The position numbers and the translations under genes are program-made. DNA of 64,000 bases from Cyanophora paradoxa CCMP329. Its lineage: Eukaryota > Plantae > Glaucophyta. Positions 60,090 through 64,000 of the stretch are shown here, piece by piece. Where the stretch lies: positions 62,001 through 126,000 of the forward strand of contig QPMI01000166.1 in NCBI GenBank assembly GCA_004431415.1. The letters are read 5' to 3'. Position 1 is the stretch's first letter, and each line of letters begins with the position of its first letter. The notes beneath the pieces are model-generated. The model saw only the letters and a list, made by a program, of their open reading frames with translations, searched no databases and was not told where the DNA came from.

Positions 60090-60873
60090 GCGCATACGAT
60101 ATCGTGTCCTTGAGAGTAGTCAGGAATTGAGAGTTCAGCATCAGATTCGTCCCGCCTCGCCGGGGGTCGCGCTATCTAAGCTTCAGGGGGCGTGGTTCCA
60201 GCAAGCTCCTGTCCGTTTCACGTTTCGAGGCGATGGTCCGACCCTCTCACGCCTCTAGCTTAGCGCTAGCTTCGTCTTGGCCTGGTCGCTGGGCGGGAGC
60301 ATGCGCACGAGCTTGCGGAGCTCACTGAGTCAAAGGGGAGAGAGCTAGAGTGGTCGTAGATGTGCCTGCTATGCAAAGCCCGCACGGACTATCTCGGAGG
60401 CAGCATGCATCAGCTGAAAATCGAAACCTTGTGATGCATCCGTGTCGATTCACGTGGCTAGCGGGCGCGGCACGGGCCTGTGCCGGGCCTGGCACTTCAA
60501 AGGCTTCTCAGGGCGCCAGCGCTAGCGTGCAAGAAGCTGGATCTAGAGCCCGATCGCGAGCCACCAAACGCTTAACCACCGGGATTTATGGGCGGACTAA
60601 CGCTTTACAGCTATGTATACAGCCTGGCAGGGGACCCACTGGGCCATGGAGTCATGCAGGCCTGCAGGCTGCAGCTGGCCCAAGCAAGGGAGGGAAATAT
60701 GAAAAGCTCCGTGGTACACACTGGACGCCCAAATACAGATCCTGTCTCGTGCAGAGAGAGTAGAATGCTTAGTGATATGCGAGTACCGCTTAAGAGCCTC
60801 GGGAATGGGCAGTGGCCGCGAGAATAGGCTTTATAGCCGCGTGCAGGTCGAGGCCTCCGGGCCTGGGCCAGCG

Positions 60874-63800
60874 CTACTTCTTGCCGCCCTTGCCGCCGCC
60901 GCGGGAGGTGACGGGCGCGCCGGGCGACTGCGTGCCGGGCCCGCCGAGCTCGCTGGGCCGCCGCTTGCTGCCCGAGGCGTGGTCGGTGGGGGAGGGGAGC
61001 GGGTTCAGCGCCGCCTCCGCTGCGGCGAGCGCGGCGGCGGCCGCCTCCTCCTTGGCGCGCTGCAGCGCCTCCTCGCGCTGCCTCGCGATCGCCTCCCGCT
61101 GCTGCGCCCGGATCGCCTCCAGGCGCCTGCCCGGGCAGGCCGCCGTCAGGGAAGAGAGTGAGGGGGCGGGGCGGGACGGGGCTGGCGGACCGGGCGTGCT
61201 CCTCGCGGTCCTGCGCCTCCCGCTCGCGCTCCTCGACCTCGCTCGCCAGCCGCCCGCGCCGCCGCCCCGACGCCCGCGCCGCCAGCGCCGGCGACACCGC
61301 CAGGAACATCGGCGCCGCCCCGGCGCCGCCCCGCGGGGGCGAGCCCGGCGCGCCCCGTGCACGCTGTAGTAGGAGCCCGGGGCGGGGGTCTCGGGGGGAG
61401 GAAGCTCGAGTTGAACGAGGCGGGGCCCGGGGAGGGGAGCGCCCCGGCGCCGGGCCCCGCGCCAGCGCCGAGTAGGGCCGGCCCAGCGGCGAGGTCGCCC
61501 GCGGCGGAGGGGGTACGCCAGGTCCTCGGGAGGGCCCCGGGGCCGGCGCCGGCGCTCGAGCGCGCCGCCGCCGCGCGCGCCGCCTCCCCGCCCGCCAGTG
61601 CTCCTCCGCCGCCGCCGCCCGCTGCGCCGCGAGGAGAGGTGAGAAGGGGGGGGGGGGGGGGCAGAGGGGGGTACGGCGGGCCTTCTCCTCGAGCTGTTCG
61701 GCGACGCGGAGGGAGCGGAGGAGGCCGACGAGGCGGGTGGCCTTGGAGGCGAGGGGCGTCTCCCGCGCCTCCGAGAGCAGCGCCTGCGCGACGGGCAGCG
61801 CCGCGGGGGCCGTCGCCGGCCGCGCGCTCGCGTGCTGCGCCATCGCCTGCAGGAAGGTCGCCGCGGGGCTCGCGGGGCGGGGCGGGCCCATCGCCGCCGC
61901 CGCCGCCCCGCCGGAGCCGGCGGCCCAGAGCGAGGCGGTGGAGGCCGCGTTGAGGTTCGTCGTGCTCGAGAGGCGCCGCACGCCGCCGCCCTCCTCGAGC
62001 TCCTCGTCCACCCCGGGGAGGGCGCGCGGGGCCCGCCGGCGCGGGGCCCGCCGGCGCGGGAGGCGGCGGCGGCGGCGGGGGCCTTGGCGAAGGCGTTGAC
62101 GGCGGCGAGCTTGGTGAAGCTGTTCTGGCGGGAGCGGTTGGAGGAGGACTTGTCCGGCTGCAGGCCCCCGAGGCCCTTCTTCACCGAGCTCGCCGGCGAG
62201 GGCGACGCCGGCGCCAGCCGCTGCTGCGACCCCGAGCCTGCCCCGCCCTCAGCGCGGCCGGGCGGGCCGGGGCGGGGCGGGGCGGCGGAGCAGGGGGCGG
62301 ACCCTTGAGGAGGGCTTCGGGCCCGGAGGGGACGGCGAGGAGGGCGCCGGGGCCCTCGGAGGGCACCACGGAGCTCCCCACGAAGCCGATCGCCCGCTTC
62401 TCCACCTGCCCCCCCGCCCGGCCGTCAGCGCGCCCTCCCGCACAAGGCGACCGGCGCTCGGGCGCGCCTCGCGGACGGAGAGGGCGACGAGGTGCATCCA
62501 CTCGTCCGCCCGCTTGGCTGCCCCGCCCCCGCCCGTGAGCCGGGGCGCCGAGCGAGGGCGGGCGGGCGGAGGAGGGCGGGGGCACCGAGGGTGAAGACGG
62601 AGGCCGGGGTCGTGGAGCGGCCGCTCGCGAGCGCCCGCGCCTCCTCGATCACCTGCGACATCGAGCTCTGCGGCGCCGCGTCACGGGCACGGCGGGGCGC
62701 GGGAGGGGGCGGGGCGGGGCGTGGCGCGCGTGGAGGTGGGCGGCGATGTCGCCGAGGCGGCCGAGGACGGCGTCCGACTGCGCCGCCGAGCGCCGCGCCG
62801 CCTCCGCCTCGGCGCGCGCCGCCTCGGCCGCCCTGCGCGCCTGCTCGGCCGCCTGGTGCGCCGCCTTGACCTCCCGCTCCGCCCGCGTCGCATCCTCCGC
62901 CGCCCGCTCCGCCTGCCGCTCCGCCGCTGCCCTCTGCCCCGCCGCCCCCGCAGGCCCTCGTCCCGCTGCGCGATCACCCCCTGCGCGCGCGCACGCCCGC
63001 CGCCCCGCGTCGCCTCGGCGCGGCTCGTGGCGTGGGGCCGGGGGGCGGGGCGGGGCACCTCGTAGTGGGCGGCGAGCTGGTCGCGCTGCCGCTTCTCGCC
63101 CTCGGCCTGCGCCCGCACCCGCGCCTCGAAGTCCGCCTGCACGTCCTGCGCCCCCGCCTCGCCCCCGCGCCCCCGCCCCGCACGCGCCCCGGGCCGGCGG
63201 GGCGGACCTGGAGGCGGAGGCGGATGTCCGCCTCGAACTTGCGGCGCGCCTGCTCCGTCTTCGCGAGCTCCTCGGAGAGGGCCTTCTGGCGCCCCCGCCA
63301 CACCCCGATCTTCTTGTCGAGCAGCAGCCGCGCCCGCTGCCGCTCCGCGTCGTTCGGCGCCATGTTGATGATCAGGTCCTCGGCCCACCCGACGATCTCC
63401 TCCATCTGGCGCCCCTGGCCCGCCACCGTCCCCTCCATCCCCGCGATCCGCGCGTTCGCCTCCGCCAGCGCCCTGCGCCCCGCCCGCGTGGGCCCTCCGC
63501 CGCCCGCTCGCCCCGGCTCGCCCGGCGGGGGCGGGCAGGGGGCGGACCAGGTGAGCTCGTCGCGCTTGCGCTCGGCGTCGCGGGCCTGCTGCTCGATGGC
63601 CTTGAGGGCCTCGACGTCGCCCTTGAGGCTCGCCGCCTCCCGCGCCGCCAGCGAGTGCGCCTCCCGCGTCCGCCGTGCGCCTCCTGCTCCGCCCGCAGCT
63701 GCCCCCGCGCCGCCGCCGCCTCGTCCTTCAGCCCCGCGATCCGCGCCTCCCGCTCCCCGCCCGCCGCGATGACCCGCTCGTGCGCCCGCTGCCGCATCTC

Positions 63801-64000
63801 GTCCACCGCCGCCGCCTTCGCCAGCGCCGCCACCGTGCGCTCCGCCAGTCCCGCATCGCCCCTTGAACTCGTCGTACCGCCGCCGCTCTGCCCCCGGCGG
63901 CTCGCGCGCGGGCGGGGAGCGGGGCGGGGGCGGGGCGGGGGCGGACCGGCGGCGGCGAGGGCGGCGCGCTCGCCGATGGTGTACTCGACGGCCTCGCAGA
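60874..64000 (-). CDS. Multi-exon coiled-coil/low-complexity protein; 5' end lies outside the window
   Basis: Exons include RQMEEIVGWAEDLIINMAPNDAERQRARLLLDKKIGVWRGRQKALSEELAKTEQARRKFEADIRLRLQ, DVQADFEARVRAQAEGEKRQRDQLAAHYE and RLEAIRAQQREAIARQREEALQRAKEE, ending GGGKGGKK* at 60874. Confidence 0.65.

Noticed and set aside
60350-60827. ORFs of 137 aa and 79 aa in the spacer after the small MGNCFS gene
   Set aside because: They lack the local codon bias and recognisable motifs; this is probably UTR or intergenic DNA.
161-64000. Hundreds of long overlapping Arg/Pro/Gly/Ala-rich ORFs on both strands (e.g. 18212-20077 -, 48479-50164 -, 52163-54187 -)
   Set aside because: They are shadow ORFs caused by high GC, GC3 bias and read-through of stop-free introns; the real coding frames are the spliced ones.
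1-64000. tRNA, rRNA, or alternative genetic code/stop read-through
   Set aside because: No RNA-gene signatures were seen. The in-frame stops I checked are explained by introns or four homopolymer indels.

Overview
High-GC eukaryotic nuclear DNA with many short spliceosomal introns (mostly 45-75 nt; donors GT[G/C/A]CG or GTGAG, branch CTGAC/CTCAC/CTAAC, acceptor YAG). The six-frame ORF track is therefore fragmented and largely misleading. Positions 1-45690 (+) are one giant spliced gene, truncated at its 5' end by the window edge. It encodes a type-I single-pass surface protein of roughly 12,000-13,000 aa (my estimate). Domain order: Cys-Ig/BACON-like arrays, including a 2343-bp intron-containing tandem repeat and a 2097-bp repeat inside an 11-kb exon; DCxG Cys repeats; IPT/TIG repeats; filamin-like Ig; REJ; EGF; degenerate GAIN/GPS; more IPT; two SEA-like modules; one TM helix; a short tail. 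Downstream is a compact cluster: a helical/TPR-like gene (-), cpn10/HSP10 (+), a two-TM protein with a PGYPP tail (-), a UhpC/GlpT-family sugar-phosphate transporter with a probable plastid transit peptide (+), a probable plastid-targeted conserved protein (-), a small MGNCFS-type lipidated protein (+) and a coiled-coil gene (-). Phe-start transit peptides (MAAF, MQFV) plus a UhpC homolog suggest a glaucophyte such as Cyanophora; this is an inference. All domain calls come from recognising motifs by eye, not from database searches.
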